DNA from: Azolla caroliniana
Lineage: Eukaryota > Plantae > Polypodiophyta
Assembly: GCA_043228905.1 (NCBI GenBank)
Contig: JBHGNT010000003.1
Coordinates: 7,936,001 to 8,000,000, forward strand
Length of the DNA: 64,000 bases
Direction: 5' to 3'
This document shows positions 1-13,531 of this stretch, in pieces. The translations under genes were made by a program, and so were the position numbers. The number at the start of each line of letters is the position of its first letter. Position 1 is the first letter of the stretch. The notes beneath the pieces are model-generated. The model was not told the origin of the DNA. It worked only from the letters and a program-made list of their open reading frames with translations, and ran no database searches.

Positions 1-329
1 AAGGATTAAGTGTATGACCATTACTTACACTATATTAAACTAAGTTTGCCAACATAAAGTAATGTGAGATTTTTTTTGTCATTTGGAGTTTAGCAAAAAC
101 TCATGCAAAGGTATACTTTTTTAGCCGTTCTTTAGACCGAAAACTCGTGCAAAGATATACTTCTTTAGCCATTCTTTAGACTGATTTGTTGTATGGTCTA
201 ACATTTTGTCTATCATAGGACTTTTGCTTGCATTTGAACAATAAAAAAAAGTTGTAGTGTCTCAATCCATATTAAAGGTGGTTGTCCCCAGATACCATAC
301 ATCCTAAAGAGCAATGCCAGTGATGTAGT

Positions 330-2270
330 TGTAACTATAAGGTATTATTCTTATTCGCTAATGGAAACCAATAACTTTTTTTAGGGCAATAAACTCTTTG
401 TACTATAGAGGAAGTGACCCACGTATGAGCTAATGTTGTATTTGATCATTCATGCAATCAAGACATGGAGTCATTACATGTATGAAGTTAAGCTCATATG
501 TTGACCAACCAACTATGTTACTTTGAAGTACTTTTGCACTTGACTAAAACTCAAGGGTCACCAAGATAGGCAAGTGCAACTCATGTACAAGTTCCATATA
601 GAAAGTTTATTATTGTAAAGGGAAAGATAACATAGTGGCCAATGCTTCTTCTAGACTTTTGTGCCATATGAGTTTATGTATCGAGAAACTTGAGAAGCTA
701 AGAACCAGATGGAAGATGCTCGAGTGAGCAATTTCTCCTATTAGACCACTAAATCTAGGATCGATCATGTATGATTATTGGTGGCCACATCAAGACACTA
801 ATGTAGTAGATTATGAGTCTCAATGCATTTTTTTCATGAAGCAAACAAATTTATTAAAAATAAGTTATCTAGGCTAACCACATGGACGATGCTAGAGTGA
901 GCAATTCTTCTATTAGACCACCAACTCTAGAATTGGTCAAGTGTGATTATTGTTTGACACTATTGTAGTAGACTAGAAGTCTCAATGCACTCTTCCATAA
1001 CTCTCAACTGTGAGAACGTCTATTGCATTGTTACAACCTTTGTTCACTCCAAATAGGAAACGGTAGTGTGTCCATGCATTTCATTGTGGGTTTGTTTGGT
1101 TTGTCTAGTACTCAACACCCATAATGCATAGTGATAGACATGGTTTACTAAAATGGCACTTTTAATTCTCACCGTGACAAAAACACATGCTATGGATTTA
1201 ACTAATCTATTGAATTTCCCTAAAGCTAGATACTTGTTTCATAACACAATTCTAGACTAGCTTGCTTTGTCAATCTAAGCATTAAATTGACGTTTTGTAG
1301 CAAAGCGGATCCTAAGACAGATGCTTAGATAAAAAGGGTTAACGAAGTGTTGAGAGACATGTTGAGGGCAAATGTGTACATCCATCAAACATACCAAAGA
1401 AGTTATTTGTCTCTTAAATTTACAGATAACCCAAAAGCATTTGACAACTAAGTTTTCCCAATTCAGGTTGAACTTTAGGGTGCAACCAACTTGTCCATAT
1501 TCAATAGAATTTAATATTCATCAATCAAGCCCCTCATAATATTTGAAGGATATGAGAGATATGTTGGCTATGGCAAAAATAAATATATATGACCTACTTC
1601 ACATAGATTAACAAGTTTTGTAACAAACATACTCTAAGATCTTTTGAGGTAAGAGAATGGGTTTACTTTTCAGCTACTAGCTACATTAGTTCAACAATTA
1701 AGCCACCTACTATCTCCAAGTTATTATGATCATGGATTATCCTAAGGAGATATGAGAGGTTTCTTATAAGCTAGAGTTGCCAATGCGTAGTCCTATCCAT
1801 ATGTTGTATCCATGTTGTTGTTTCAATGTTTCATATTAGTATACTCGAGAAGTGCTTACTAGATAAAGATAACGTAGAGGATAGTAATGTGAACTACGAA
1901 GTCCTTTGATTGTTTATTCAAGACCAGGTCCTATCCCAAGCATTCAAAAGAATTTGAGGAATCATATTTTCCACCAATTCTTGAGCCATAGAAAGGTTTA
2001 ACTTTGTCTGCTGTTGCTTAACAATCTAAGAGTAACTTCCAAGAGTAACAATCTTTGCAGTAGATGTAATCTATATGCACAAAGGTATTTAATGATTCTT
2101 CTCAATGCATTCACGAGTTAATTGTCACATTTTCTCATAAACTAACCTTAGGAGGATCTATAATGGGTTCAGAACATTGATTACTGAAATCAACACTAAA
2201 AGGCCCCATTTGTGCTATTGAAGCACATCTGGGAAAGAGGATGGCTAATTGAATATAAAGTAGATGTGTG
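330..2270 (+). mobile_element. Degenerate Ty3/Gypsy pol remnant (RNase H / integrase region)
   Basis: Broken frames give KGKDNIVANASSR (~618, matching the KGKxNxVADALSR motif) and FIVGL...FTKMA-like integrase motifs (~1080-1160). Many stops, no LTR found, boundaries approximate. Confidence 0.55.
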
Positions 2271-2670
2271 CTTTTTTGCCTTCGAGAAAATTAGCTGTGG
2301 CTAGATTATATCCAACCCTACAAAACCCCCAACGTTTAATATGCGAAGAAGTTAGTCAAACTATGTATTACATATAATCCAAAACATCAGAAGTTGTGGA
2401 GATGATTCTTTGATATATATTAGAAAAAAATATCCCATTCGATGGAGGGTCCTTTTACAAGTGGAAATAAACATCAAGAAGCTCACGTATTGTTGGGAAC
2501 AAAAATTTCAGACTGCTCTCTCTTGCTATTGGTAACTTAATACAATGAACAAGAATATTAATTTACTCAATGATTGTACCCTAACAAAGACAAAATAAAG
2601 CCACTTAACTAATACTAACTTTTCTCACAAGATTTGTTATCAATACCTTTTCTTGCATGCTGTTTTACTC

Positions 2671-5600
2671 TTATGACAGCACTGCTAAGACATCATTGGC
2701 CTTCACTACAATGTATTGTGTGCCATCTTTAGACTTGAAATCACTTCCGGCATATTTTGAATACATTACACTGCTTCCAATTGGGATCTCCAAAGGTTTT
2801 CGAGTACCATCCTCTCCATAAAAACCAGGTCCAACAGCCTTTACCTGAGGGAAGAAATAAACAAATTTGGTCAGAGACTTCAACAAAGTCAAAGATATTC
2901 AATTATGTGCATTATAGACATGTTTAATGTCTTATGATTTTGGGCATTATAGAAATAATTCGTATCTTTAAGCATAAGAACATTTCCTTATATTATGCCT
3001 CTACAAAAAGCTTTTGTAAGAGATTAGGAAACAAATTTGTTCCGAAACTACAATAATGTCAAAGAGATTCAATTATGTGCATAATAGACATGTTTACTGC
3101 CTTTATGCATCTCACGGATTTTGGGCATAATAGATATGTTTAATATCTTTATGTATATCACAGATTTTGGGCATAATAGACATTATTCGTGTATCTTTAA
3201 ACATAAGAACTTTTCCTAATATTTATGCTTCTATAAAAAGATTTTGTAAGAGATACCACATATGAAAGCATTTCCTTCAAATTTTACACACGAAACAGTG
3301 TGTACATACACATAAAAATGTAGATAGTGCATGTGTGTATAGACAACCACTATATAAGCACATATACATAGATAAATAGAATGTAGAAACTATATTACAT
3401 ACACAAACACGTCGCATAAATATACGCGCAATAGTGCGGTTCTGTAGAGCCAAATAACATATTTTAACAAAAGATAAATGACTCGCCTTAGATTATGTAT
3501 ACTTTCCAGCAATGTCTTTAGGCGTAGTAAACTATAAGATTTTATAGCCTTGACGTCAAACCCCACAAATCCGTTATCAGTTGTGAAAGTATATGTCATG
3601 TGAATGTCCATTACAATTTTACCATATCCAAAAGTACACAAAACCAATAGTTTCCAAAAATACTACTTTACAAGTACACTTTTCACAATCCAAGGGCTAA
3701 AATCCTAGTAACTTTGAAACATAACAAGCAATAGCAACATTAATAGAAATTCCATACCATTCCAATAACGGGCTTCTCTTTTGCCGAATCTGTAAGTAGC
3801 ACACCGCCAGCAGTCTTATCCTCTGCTACAGCAACCTGCACAACAACAAACAGAAAATTATACAAAACATTGAATCATCAAAAAGAGATAAGAAAATATA
3901 AGTTTACATTAAAAAAGATGTACAAATTTTCATGAAGTTCAAAGCATCCAAAGTGAACCTTAATGAGCACTCTGTCATTCAATGGTTGCAAGTCTTGGAT
4001 GTCATCAGTTTCAAGAATGCCGACAATGTCATCCTCCTTCAGTAGGAGGTGGCTGACCCCATTGAATTCTATCTCAGTTCCTGCATACTTAGAATATACC
4101 ACATTTTTCCCTATCTGTGGAAACAAAACCAGATATTGTCAATACCATCTCTCAATATGTGAATTTAATGCTATCATGCTAGATAAGATAGAAACATTAT
4201 GCTTCAAAATGTTAATTTTCAGGCTTGAATATAATACACATAATCTTTTGAAATATGAATTTAGTGTTACGATGCACACATATAGATATTTAGTTATCTC
4301 TGAAAATGTAAATTTAATTCTACATACAACAATATGGACATATACTAAACATTGTAAGAACTCTGAAGCATCCTGAAGATGATGATGATATGTTGAAACT
4401 GGGGAGAGAAAGAAATAGAGACATCCATCCTTGAAAACAATTAAAATCTCTAGGTTGTAGCGCATGAGATGGTTTTACAAATTTTGGAGTGAATGTGAAA
4501 TTTATACACAACGTTATTAGTCATACTCTTTGTTCATCTATTCAAAGACAAATTAAACTTGTGGAAAATAAAAATACAGAGAAATTCAACAACTAGCATG
4601 GTTCTTCATTTCAGCAATTGGACAAATCATTATGGCAACAAAGAGAGAAAAAAAAAAGATAAACCAACCTGAATGTCCACTTCAATCTTCTTTTCACCAA
4701 TGGTTCTACCTTCGCCAACACCCACCACTTCCCCACCCTGTGGTTTCGAAACAGCCGTTGAGGGTAACAAGATACCCGCACTCGTCTGTTCTTCCACAGC
4801 TTGAATCTTCACAAGTACTCGATCACCTAATGGCTTCAATGCAGTGAACTGAATACAGAAAATCCTTAAATCATATGAAGATTGAATTTAGTATTAAAAA
4901 TTCTAAACTAGTAACTCCTCACATCAAATGAGGATTGAATTAAGCATGACGCTTTCACATCGACCATTGAATGAGCGCAGTCTTCACAAATGCAGATAAT
5001 GGGAAGTATGCAAAAACCTCACAGTAGATTCGGGAGAACGGATTCAATTAAATAAACATATTCACATATACGAATATAATTATAAGGTTTGGAGATGTGT
5101 TGGGGAGAAAAGGCCCCAAGGGCCTCTTCTTATTTACAATTTCCTCCTAGTAGCTCTTTTCTGGAGTTTTTTATGGATATTTTTCTTAATTGTACAATGA
5201 TTATCCTTTGATCTTTCAACCTCTAGGTTACTTGACCATTATGAGCCTGTTTACACTGCCCATGTGGCCAATCTGTTCGTATTTGAAATAGGATTCATCT
5301 CTTTAACATTAATTATAGTAACCAAGACTCTTTCATGTACAAACCATTTCATGTAAAGATGGCTATTTTCAACAAACTCCTTACATCATGAGGTAGGATT
5401 CCCTATCAACCATGTTTACCCAGGCAGTGACTGTCAATACGATGGAAAGACAAGCAAATATCCGAGTACATGAAAGGGCTAGTTATAAATGTGCGATAAT
5501 GCTTGAACTAAGACAGAAATTTTTGCAACAATGCAAGAGATGGTTTTTTTTTCTTGCATGGAGTTAGGAGACTAGTGCTTCTAAGCATCCCAATGCCTAA

Positions 5601-8600
5601 TGATTTTACCTCACCCAATGCATAGCCGTATGCATAGATAAATGCATGTTCAGGTAGTCCTGGATTATACCCCAATCAGAGTAAAGAGCCCACTTTAATA
5701 AAATGATGAACTGCATTTCAGAAATTTCATACATTTGTGACCACCCTAATGAGTAGAAAATTGAAATGTTACATGTGCAAGCAATGGTAGGGAGTTCACA
5801 AGTGCTGAATTTCAAAACAATTGTGATTCTCATAGTATTGCCCCATATAACCCCTATTTTAATGGTATGGCTCAATGTTATAACAAGACTTTGTGCGAGA
5901 AAATGAGATGTGTGTTGTTCACAGCTTATCTCCCTCAAAAGTTTTTGAGTAGATATAAAAACTGCAGTTCCTATTTGCAATCAAGCTCCTCACACAGCAT
6001 TAAAAGATGGCATATTTGCAATTCTCCTCACACAGTATTAAAAAGTGGCATCCCTAAAGAGGTTGGTTCTGGAAAACTTGCTTTGTATGACCATTTATGG
6101 ATTTTTGGTTGTGATGCTTTTGTTCACATAGGGCAAGATTTGAGAAATAAGCTAGATGTAAAAGCCCATTACAACTTTAACGGGATAAGGTGATGATGGT
6201 GAAATGGGCTACAATTTTGATTACTTCAGTTTAAGAATAGACATAATGTTTTTAATCAGGAAAAGCTGCCCAAAGCTAGCATTTCCTCAAAAGATAACAA
6301 CAAAAGGTTCAAATTCCAGCATGTACAACCACCCTTAAGTGCTAAACAGGTCTCAGAAATGCACTACAAAGGGATGAAAATAACATTGAGGCTGTAGTAA
6401 TTGTGCCAGAAGATGTTGGACTCTCCTTGAATACTCCTGAAGCCATTAAGCAGCCAGTCGAACATGCTGAAAACAGAGGTGTAAGTGAAGGATCACACCC
6501 CCACAATGATGATTTTGTGGTTCCTCCTGATGTACAACCTATGCCTGAGAATGTATTTCACTGGATCAGTTAAAGAGGCAAACGCAAGTGGGAGCTGCCA
6601 GTGCAAGAAGAGATAAAAGCTTTGCGTGCAAATGATATTTGGAATTTGGCTGAGTTTCCCAAAAGCTAGGAAACCCACTTCTAGCAAATGGGCATACAAA
6701 ACCTAAACTGTCAATGGTAAATCCAAGCCTAAAGCCAGGTTAGTGGCTAAAAAGTTATGAGCATAAATACGGCATTGGTGTTCTCTCTTGTGGTGAAATG
6801 ATTACTCTTCATAACCGCTCTGCTCTCACAGCTGATCTTGATTTGGAGCTCTAACAGATGGATGTAAAGACAGCATGCTTGCATGACAATTTGAATAAAG
6901 AATTGTAAATGAAGCAGACAGAAGGTTTTACTATTCTAGGTAAAGGAAATCTGGTATTCAAGCTAAATAAACTCTTTACGCACTGAAACAGGCGCCTACA
7001 CAGTGGTATAAGAAGTTTGAATCCTTTATGATTTCACAAGGTTTCAAATAGAACAATGCAGATTCATGTTTGACAGCCCCATCATTCTTGTGATGCATGA
7101 TGATGATATGTTACCTTCAAGGAAGAAAAAGAGCACATTGAATGGTCTAAAACAGCCACTGAATACTGCATTTTCTGTGAAAAAACTTGGTAAGGTGAGC
7201 ACATTTTAGGTGGTGATTGCTCTATTTGTCAGTGGGAGTTGTGGGTCAGTTTACAGCTAATCTTGATTAAGCATATTGGGATGTTGTCAAGTCAATTATG
7301 TGGTACTTGAAAGGTACAAAGACAAAATGCTTATGTTATGGAAAGTTTCCATTGAAAATGCAGGGATTATGTGATTCAAACATGGCAAGCGATGTGGATA
7401 CCCGTAATCCACTGGTGTCTATATTTGTACATAGGAAGATGGTGCTATTTCATGGTGCTCTAGACTTCAGAGAATAGTTGCACTACCTGCTATACAGGCT
7501 AAATATATTTCAGTTACGGAAGCTTCCAACAAAGCTATAAGGTAAGCACACTAATGAAATGAGTTTGGTGCATCTATCTTTGGTTGTGATAACCGGAATG
7601 CCATATATCTGGCAAGGAATGCCATGTTTCACGCACACAAAAACACAGTGATGTGTAGTATCGATTCCTCGGTAAGATACTTGAAGACAGTTTGATCTTG
7701 TTGATCAAGGTTAGCACACCACATAATCCAGGAAATTCTCTTCCGAAGTAGATTAAAACACAACAACAGCATTGTATAGAGATAGTTAGAGTTACTTAGC
7801 TTAAAGAAGCTTCCGTGGCCCTTTAAGTGGAAAGTTGTTTAGGGGATACAGACCCATTCTTGTGTACAATTCGACCTTTCCTCCAGGTAGATCTCCTTGA
7901 GAAGCATATCTTTCTTTTTTGTACAAACAGTATACTTCTTCTTAGCTTTGAGCTAAAACCTCTCATGCAATGGATTCTTTTTTTACAGAAAAGGACTCAT
8001 AATAAACCTAGGATCTTCCACACATTCATTCTTACTCCTTGATAAGCTTTACTCACCCTATCATGTGAGCGAGTTGAAGTAGTGGATTCCTACATATACA
8101 TAGAAGCCACGTTTACAAGCACAATTTGATGCTTGTCTATGATCCAAGCCACCAAAGATCAACTCACTCGAAGATATGCAACTCTAGCTATGCTAGATTG
8201 AACAGTGCCACCAGACACACTTCCAAGAGCCCTGTACCAAAGTATGGTTATTTGACACCATGCACACCCTTGCACTCATGTATGGTGCATCTGAACAGAG
8301 TGTCCACTAGTGATGATGTTGTCATGGATGATATGTAGCAAAGAATCCACCACACACAAGATTATCCACACTGAATTAACAGCACCCTCATGATGGTAGA
8401 CACATTATTCCAGACACTGAATGTCACTCATCAACCAGATTCAAACCATTGCCCCCTCAAAAAATTAGATGTCAGGAATTTGAAGCACCAGAGTAAATGG
8501 CAACAATAGTGATAAAGTGGCTCATCAAAAATGTCCTTGACATCAAGAATTTGCCACCCTTCCAATATTGTACACCTCTCCAAATGATGAAACGCACAAG

Positions 8601-9849
8601 GAATTGCAGCAAGATCTATGGTCTTTATACCCAAAGGACTTGGCTCACATCAAGGAAGTCACTTCCCTACAAAGATAATTTCGTGAACTTTTCAAGGATA
8701 GATTCATACGAAGATCAGGGTACATGTACGTTTAAGAGTTTCCTCCCACCAACAAGAGAACGAGGCAACATGAGCATTTCAATACCTAGAGCTGAAATAT
8801 TTTGCAGATTACGTGACAGAGAGATAGCAAGAGAGGACAATCTGTGTCTGTAGGTGCCGAGCTTTCACCCACATCAGAAAGAAGTATGCTACCCTCTCTG
8901 TGGACCCCACCACCATTTGACAAATGATGGAAAAGGTTGACCCACAAAATTTTGGCTCTTGCATGAATTTCTGTGATAGTCACAATGTGCACTCTCAATT
9001 GCAGACATTCATTAGTAAAGCTCTTGAACGTCAACTGTCCTACTCAATTTTCTCATCTATTACATGAAAACGTCATATTTTTTGTCTCATATATCATATT
9101 TGACATTTGAGACAATAATAACCTCTGTCTTATCTATCTATCTCTGTTCAAGCTTCTGGCATACACGTTAGGTTTTCTTTTTCCTGAAAAGCCAAAGCAA
9201 TCAGAATTTCGCAAAGAACCCTAAAAACTAGAGAAAACCTTTAAAATGGTAAGGTTCCTCAGAAAAATCAGCAAACAAGAGTTTAGCAGAGAACCAAAAA
9301 ACACAAGGTTAAGACCCTTAAAAAACAGAATTTGAAATAAAACGCCATTACATTTGGTAAGAAAACACTAAAAAGGAAGGGTTTTGCAGAAAACCGTAGA
9401 AGAGTAGGGTCTGTAAGACAACCATAAAAATAGGGGTTAGAAGGTAGGGTTTTGAACCATCAAAACAAGGAAATTGCATGGAAAGTGCAAAAATGAGGAT
9501 TTTGCAGAGAAAACCTTCAATGGCCGGGGAATAGCAGGAAAATCCTAAAGGTCTATGGCTCACTAGAAAACTTTTAAACAGATGATTTAGGAGAAACCCC
9601 CCAAAAGACTAGGGTTTAGCAGAAGCCAAGCCAGAAAAAACTGGGTTTTACCTTATTAGAAGAAACAGCAGTCGCAGCTCGGACCCCAGAAAAGCGCAGA
9701 GGCTTGCAGAGAGAGATCATATATGATGATGATGATGATGACGACGAAGGAAGCTTCAGACCACTGAGAAAACTAGGTTTAGCCTCCAAAACATGGTTGT
9801 GGCAAAGAGGCGGAGAAGAACCCAACAATCGCAGAGAAGAGGCCGCCAT
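2671..9849 (-). CDS. CPN20: Chloroplast 20-kDa co-chaperonin (tandem GroES domains) with transit peptide, ~261 aa
   Basis: Exons 9849-9652, 4848-4669, 4114-3959, 3835-3758, 2844-2671; all introns GT-AG and phase 0. Ser-rich transit peptide, then two GroES repeats ([10 protein letters not shown]...YSKYAGTE and [10 protein letters not shown]...YSKYAGSD). Confidence 0.96.
2888..3253. repeat. Imperfect ~170-bp tandem duplication in CPN20 intron 4
   Basis: gtcaaaga-attcaattatgtgca...tttgtaagaga occurs at ~2888 and ~3058, with internal gattttgggcat sub-repeats. Confidence 0.7.
5098..8094 (+). mobile_element. Degenerate Ty1/Copia element in CPN20 intron 1, antisense to the gene
   Basis: Integrase remnant ([13 protein letters not shown]...RNKLD), RT remnant (QMDVKTA, LKQAP) and RNase H-like remnants in 5867-7800. 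Decayed LTR-like ends at ~5098 and ~7836-8094; no TSD found. Confidence 0.75.
8100..9050 (-). mobile_element. Old LINE remnant (endonuclease-like) in CPN20 intron 1
   Basis: [17 protein letters not shown] resembles an L1 endonuclease segment. 8535-8590 is similar to 33030-33090 in the WDR91 intron. Confidence 0.4.
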
Positions 9850-10009
9850 GAATGAAGGAAGGAAGGAAGGAGACGATGATGAAGATGAAGATGAAGATGA
9901 AGCAGAAGTATGTATGTTTCTTGTAGGGTTTTCAACTGTCTCTGTACACTACATACTGATACTACACTACCACCATATCCATATCCACACACACAGAAGA
10001 CAGAGAGAG

Positions 10010-10220
10010 TAGAACCATACGTGTATTCGCATTCGCGAATGCTTCAAACACCCTCGGAGTATGGTAAATACCATACTTATAAGTTATAAGTTATTGTATA
10101 TACATGTATATTAGTGTAAGGTAAATAAAGTGTTCAAAAAAACATAAGAATGTTTTGATAACATACTCCATTCGTTTGGATTCGTATGAAAAAGAATGTT
10201 TGCCAATGCATTACGTACTA
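10010..10220 (+). mobile_element. Short non-coding interspersed (MITE-like) element upstream of CPN20
   Basis: Homologous to 36058-36335 (minus strand) and partly to 24587-24660: aaccatacg...gcattcg...gtatggtaaatacc and attcgtatgaaaaagaatgtttg...tacgtacta. Confidence 0.6.
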
Positions 10221-10499
10221 TGGATGGATGGATGGGTATTCATGTCTTCTTCTTCTTCTTCTGTAATGGCCGGGGGGCTGGACAAAGCCTCTACCTGCTT
10301 AACACTTTTGTCCGGAAAAGGTCTCCTCGACCGAAACATTAAAGAACATGTAAAATTTGAAGGGATGAGATGCACAGGATATAACATTAAAACACAATCG
10401 ATGTTATTCATTGTATATATGGTTTGATTAATATTGAAACACTGAGATAGTTGATTGATATATATTCACGTAATCTTATATAGTGCAAGGTATTATTGA

Positions 10500-12215
10500 T
10501 ACATAATCTGCATGATGATGACCTTTTGGATCTTCAAGTTCAGTTACGGCCCACAAGACACTGTGAAGAATTTATATTCCCGAAGTTATCAATTTGCAAG
10601 AAGTCTCACCTTATTTCTTGTATTGAGAGCAGTTTAGAATGTTTGGGATGGCAAGGCTATTGAATATACAAAGATCAATTTATTGGCATTTGGGGTATCC
10701 ATTGGGTATTGACGTTGCAAATGTTCAAATAATTGACTAGATTAGCAGTGAATTGAAGGACAATTTAGTATATTGGAAGTCTTAACATTGGAATAAGAAG
10801 GCATTTTGAACATTGTTGCAACCTCATCGACTCATGTTGTGGTGGAAGGGAGAAAATATGGGAGTCACAGGTGATGGAAACAACATTCTTGTAGGTGTTC
10901 ATTGGTCTTTGTAGTTTTATACTTTGAGTCTCTGTAGTTTTTATTGGTCTACCATGGCTACAACCTTTATAAGGTTGTCAGTCTAATCATTTTGCCATGG
11001 ATGTAGAATTTCTACTAATGAAGAATATGTTTTTTTGAAAAATAAATAAATATAGGAGTCACATGGATTTCATGGGACCTTTGACTACTCCCAAACAATT
11101 AGGTGAAGTTGCAATATTGAATTTGGAATATTATGAGATCATGTTCAATAAAAGATCAAGCATGGATATCTATTATGCAATATCTTATTGGGTATGAAGG
11201 ATTGGCACGGAAAAATAAGGATTCAAGCATCATAGTGGTGATTTCTCAACGGATACATTCATCTAAAGATTGAACATTTGGTAAATGCTCAACAATTGAT
11301 TTGGTCTTGGCAAGATTCCTTACCTTTTTTTGAGTGGGCATTTTCATCAAGTACTCGAGAGCTTTGAGATGAATTGCTTGTTTCTTCATTTGTTTTGAGA
11401 TCTTAGTTCACTCGTTTGTTTGATTGGGTTGTAGAATAACTGGGGGATGTGGTTGATAGTGAATCTCAAAAGTTGTCAAAATTTATAAGATATACTATTG
11501 TTGCATGGATCCTTGCTGATAAAAGCAAATAATGTTACTCTTAGGGTGGATTCATTGTTGAAGGATGGGATGGTACACGCTTGTTACAAGTCACTACAAA
11601 TATATTATACCATCATGCAATGACATCATTGCCTTGCTATCGCCTAAAGCAAAAAAGGTGTGGAATGCATGTAAGTCAAATGCAAGATGGTGGTAAGGAT
11701 TGCAACGTGGTTGGCATTCCTATTTGCCACTTTGTTCAAAGGTTTTCATCTGGAGAGTTAGGATTGATGGGCTCCAATTAGGTCGAACCTTACGGAGACA
11801 ATGACTAGGGCCTAGTACATGCTTCTATTGCACCATTCCATTGGAAGAAACGACACATAGGATCATTAAATGCCCTATAGCTCATATCGTTTGGAAGTAC
11901 TCATAAAAGATTTGGCAAGGGTTATCTAGTTCAAAATACTTATCAACAATTATGTTCAAATGATGAGTTGGAGATCTTGTTCCAATTGCTATGGTATTGG
12001 GAGGTTGCAACCATGTGAATTATGATGGTGGACATGGGGTGAAAACCTCTGTTAAGAAGTTGAAGGGAGTTCTCATGGAGAAGTTTTGGATGTTGGAGCA
12101 TGTGGGGATCATTTCCTCCAATGCTTATTCAAGTTTTCTAATGGCTTTACAAGATGTCCCTTTGTCTACATAAGTAGAGAAGGCTAAAAAATTAATATAA
12201 TTGTGTGCTTTTAGG
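10500..12215 (+). mobile_element. 5'-truncated, degenerate copy of the same LINE family as 36410-60737
   Basis: Colinear similarity to 58200-60732, e.g. HLGYPLGIDV and KFWMLEHVGIISSNAY, and the shared 3' end aattaatataattgtgtgctttta. Confidence 0.85.
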
Positions 12216-13531
12216 AAGAAAAGAAAAGAGTGTGTATGTGCGCATGTTTGAATCTATGATCATTTGTTTGTGTTATTGTCACTTTAATGACCACACTAAA
12301 CCGATGTAGTGATTCATAAAGAAGAGCCTAGAATGGTTCAATTTATGACCCATTTCACACTTGCACGTAAGAGGTCACCCCATGACTATATATAAAAGGA
12401 GAGTCACTCATATCTAATAAACCAATAAGGCTAAAGATATTTCATTGAGAATCATTCCCATAGTTTTCGTCCAGTTGTGTGCATTAAATTTATTTTCATG
12501 TCAATTTGAATATATTAATTAAGTTCCATTTAATCTTCTCAAAGCTCAAGTAATTACTAAATTCATAGGTGGGATGGTTGGTTCAATTGCAACATACAAT
12601 TGCACGCTAATGCTAGATTAGTCAATGGATAGGCCTACTAGACCCAAGGGAAAATTAAGCCTTATGCAAGGTGCTTAATCCTACAAATGCATAACTTGTA
12701 ATTTATGTTCCCTCTAGGGCATGTAGCTCAAGCAAAATATTTGATGTCGTAAATAGTATCATTCATAGCTGAAGTTTAACAGTTTTTCAAGACTCGCAAT
12801 GCCAAGGTATTAGATGTAGAAATATCTTTGTGGAATATTAACAGTGACACTTTTTATCACATATCCAACCCAACATAAAGATTGTTCGAGACTTTATGTC
12901 TTCGAACCAAGATAGAAGCAAAAATATCTCCTTTTTATGATATATTGAAGCTCATGTTACAATAATTGAATTTTGTCCTGTATTGGCACTAGAATAATCG
13001 AGGCATCCAAGCACACTTACAAAGTCTAATAATTCAACTTTAAAATTACACAGGATTGTTTAGAATCCTGTATCCATACAGTACTATCAAAAAGGAGCTG
13101 AGCAATTAGACATGAAAGCCAAGCTTCCCTTGACAGATGATAATCTGGAATAGAAATCACCGCCACACACATCTTGAACTTACATGCATTTTATTCTAAG
13201 TACCCTACAATGATCCTCCTCAAATAAAAAAGAACTCACAAAACATTTCTTCATTGTGTTACAACCCACATCACAATGCTTCAAAAGATCATTCATCACA
13301 TATGCAAGACAATAAGAGAAAAATATCTAAGAAATGATGAAGATGAATATTGAAAATCCACTAATACAAAGGGGTTGCCCCTTACCAATGATCGTCTAAA
13401 ACTAAAAATTGTATACCCTCTTGTAGATCCTCATCTTTGTTCCCTCATTTGGACCCTCACATTCCTACTCTAATTTGAAGAATCATCTACCTTGGAAACA
13501 CTTGTATGTATTTCTACTCTGATTTGAAGAA

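Noticed and set aside
705-990. ~120-bp direct repeat as an LTR pair
   Set aside because: The copies are adjacent, lack TG..CA ends, PBS and TSD, and look like a local duplication within the Gypsy remnant.
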